Virus record (IMG/VR): IMGVR_UViG_3300050021_000500
Location: 1-64,000 of that record
DNA: 64,000 bases
Origin: a virus
Reading direction: 5' to 3' (one strand)
Every line of letters begins with the position of its first letter. Within the stretch, counting starts at the first letter, position 1. The position numbers were made by a program, and so were the translations under genes. Below the pieces are notes generated by a model, which was not told the DNA's origin, ran no database searches, and saw only the letters and a program-made list of their open reading frames with translations. Shown in pieces: positions 62,993-64,000 of this stretch.

Positions 62993-64000
62993 TCACATTG
63001 CTAACGTAGCGTGATCGAATTCCCAATTTCCGCCGAAGCCGACGAAACTGATGATGGAGGTAGAGTTCGCGGCGGAGTTGGTCGCCGCATCAACCAGCGG
63101 TCCAAACAACACGCCAGTGCCCCAGGTCACCGCCCACCCTCCGGTGCCATCCTGTTTGATGCGGGCCTTCCAGATCCACCCATCGGAAGGCGTGCCAGGG
63201 GAACTGATGGTCGTAGCAGCCGTGAGCGTCTGGTTGGTAGTGAGGACAACGGCTGGAGTTGCCGATGACGGCAACGGGCCAAATAAAACCCTATCGTAGG
63301 CGGCAGCAGACCAAGCGCCGGTTTGCAGAACCGACTTCCCGTTTGCCGGCACCCAGTCTGCCGTCGAGGTGGCGTTTCGGTTCATCACATAGAACCGGTA
63401 CTGCATGTAAACGTAGGTGGTCCCGGTATTGTAATCGAACTCCAACGGGTCAGTGGACCGTGCCATGCCCGCGCTCACGGTATCGCCTATAGGATCGTTG
63501 GGACCGTAGAACACTACCTCAGTACCACCCATGTTAGATGGCGCGGGCGTCCCACTTGCGTCGGTGCATTGCACCGTGATGCGGGTAAATGATGCGTTCA
63601 CATCCGTGGGGTCGGTCCATGTGACTCCAGGAATGCGAACAAAATGCGAACCATCTGCCCGCGTCACATCATAAGGATTTGGACCGCTTACGCCAGCAGC
63701 AATAGTCGCCGTGGTAACGCACGTCGCAGAGGGAAGCCCAAGTCCGCCCACGCTGAACGCCGAAGATGCCGTAGCACCCAACCCCACCAAATCAGACGCA
63801 GAGTACAGCCGGTTTGGATCTCCCAGGATGGCTCCGGTCATGCAGTACGCGTACCAATTGGTCGTTGTCGCCGGGACAAGCCGCATGAAAGGGAAAGACT
63901 GGCTGGCACCCACCATGACGTTCCACCCGACGCCCTGATACTTGGTTGGGTCGGTAGCCAGGGGGAGCCAGAAGGTGACGTTCTGCGGAACCTGGTTTCC
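62993..64000 (-). CDS. Partial tail protein (C-terminal part)
   Basis: Open to right edge; C-terminal IKQDGTGG..VTW module typical of phage tail proteins. Confidence 0.7.
   Translation of the reverse strand, partial: GNQVPQNVTFWLPLATDPTKYQGVGWNVMVGASQSFPFMRLVPATTTNWYAYCMTGAILGDPNRLYSASDLVGLGATASSAFSVGGLGLPSATCVTTATIAAGVSGPNPYDVTRADGSHFVRIPGVTWTDPTDVNASFTRITVQCTDASGTPAPSNMGGTEVVFYGPNDPIGDTVSAGMARSTDPLEFDYNTGTTYVYMQYRFYVMNRNATSTADWVPANGKSVLQTGAWSAAAYDRVLFGPLPSSATPAVVLTTNQTLTAATTISSPGTPSDGWIWKARIKQDGTGGWAVTWGTGVLFGPLVDAATNSAANSTSIISFVGFGGNWEFDHATLAM

Larger units (their letters stand above)
1..64000. mobile_element. Tailed bacteriophage genome (Caudoviricetes), circularly permuted, incomplete in window
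   Basis: terS/terL, portal, scaffold, capsid, tail-fibre-like genes, replication initiator and dense small ORFs; no host housekeeping genes. Confidence 0.95.

Overview
The window is most of a large, GC-rich tailed-phage genome. An Acidobacteriota-like host is inferred from the capsid family and the '...AQ' signal peptides. It is circularly permuted: the minus-strand late operon runs off the left edge (terminase, portal, scaffold, P22-coat-like capsid, head-tail genes), and minus-strand tail genes enter from the right edge. Between them are a transcription-control cluster (sigma28-like factor, NusG/RfaH paralog, TraR/DksA, LuxR-like HTH, lone HisKA domain) and a leftward early operon (Cas4-like nuclease, ASCH, many small ORFs). 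There are also two small serine resolvases, an anti-defence cassette (AcrVA2-like protein, Dam-type MTase, hammerhead ribozyme) and a rightward replication/accessory operon (initiator, HNH, two more MTases). No integrase, tRNA, rRNA or CRISPR array was seen. The most striking unexplained signal is a family of 11 clear (plus 2 degenerate) ~100-nt covarying hairpin elements. They occur as inverted pairs bracketing accessory gene cassettes, and several pairs have pair-specific matching outer ends. Other highlights are a mini-gene encoding a divergent capsid fragment, several truncated or catalytically degenerate host-protein mimics, a leader motif repeated before three head genes, and direct repeats at gene junctions that flank single inserted genes. 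All protein calls come from motif recognition, not database searches.
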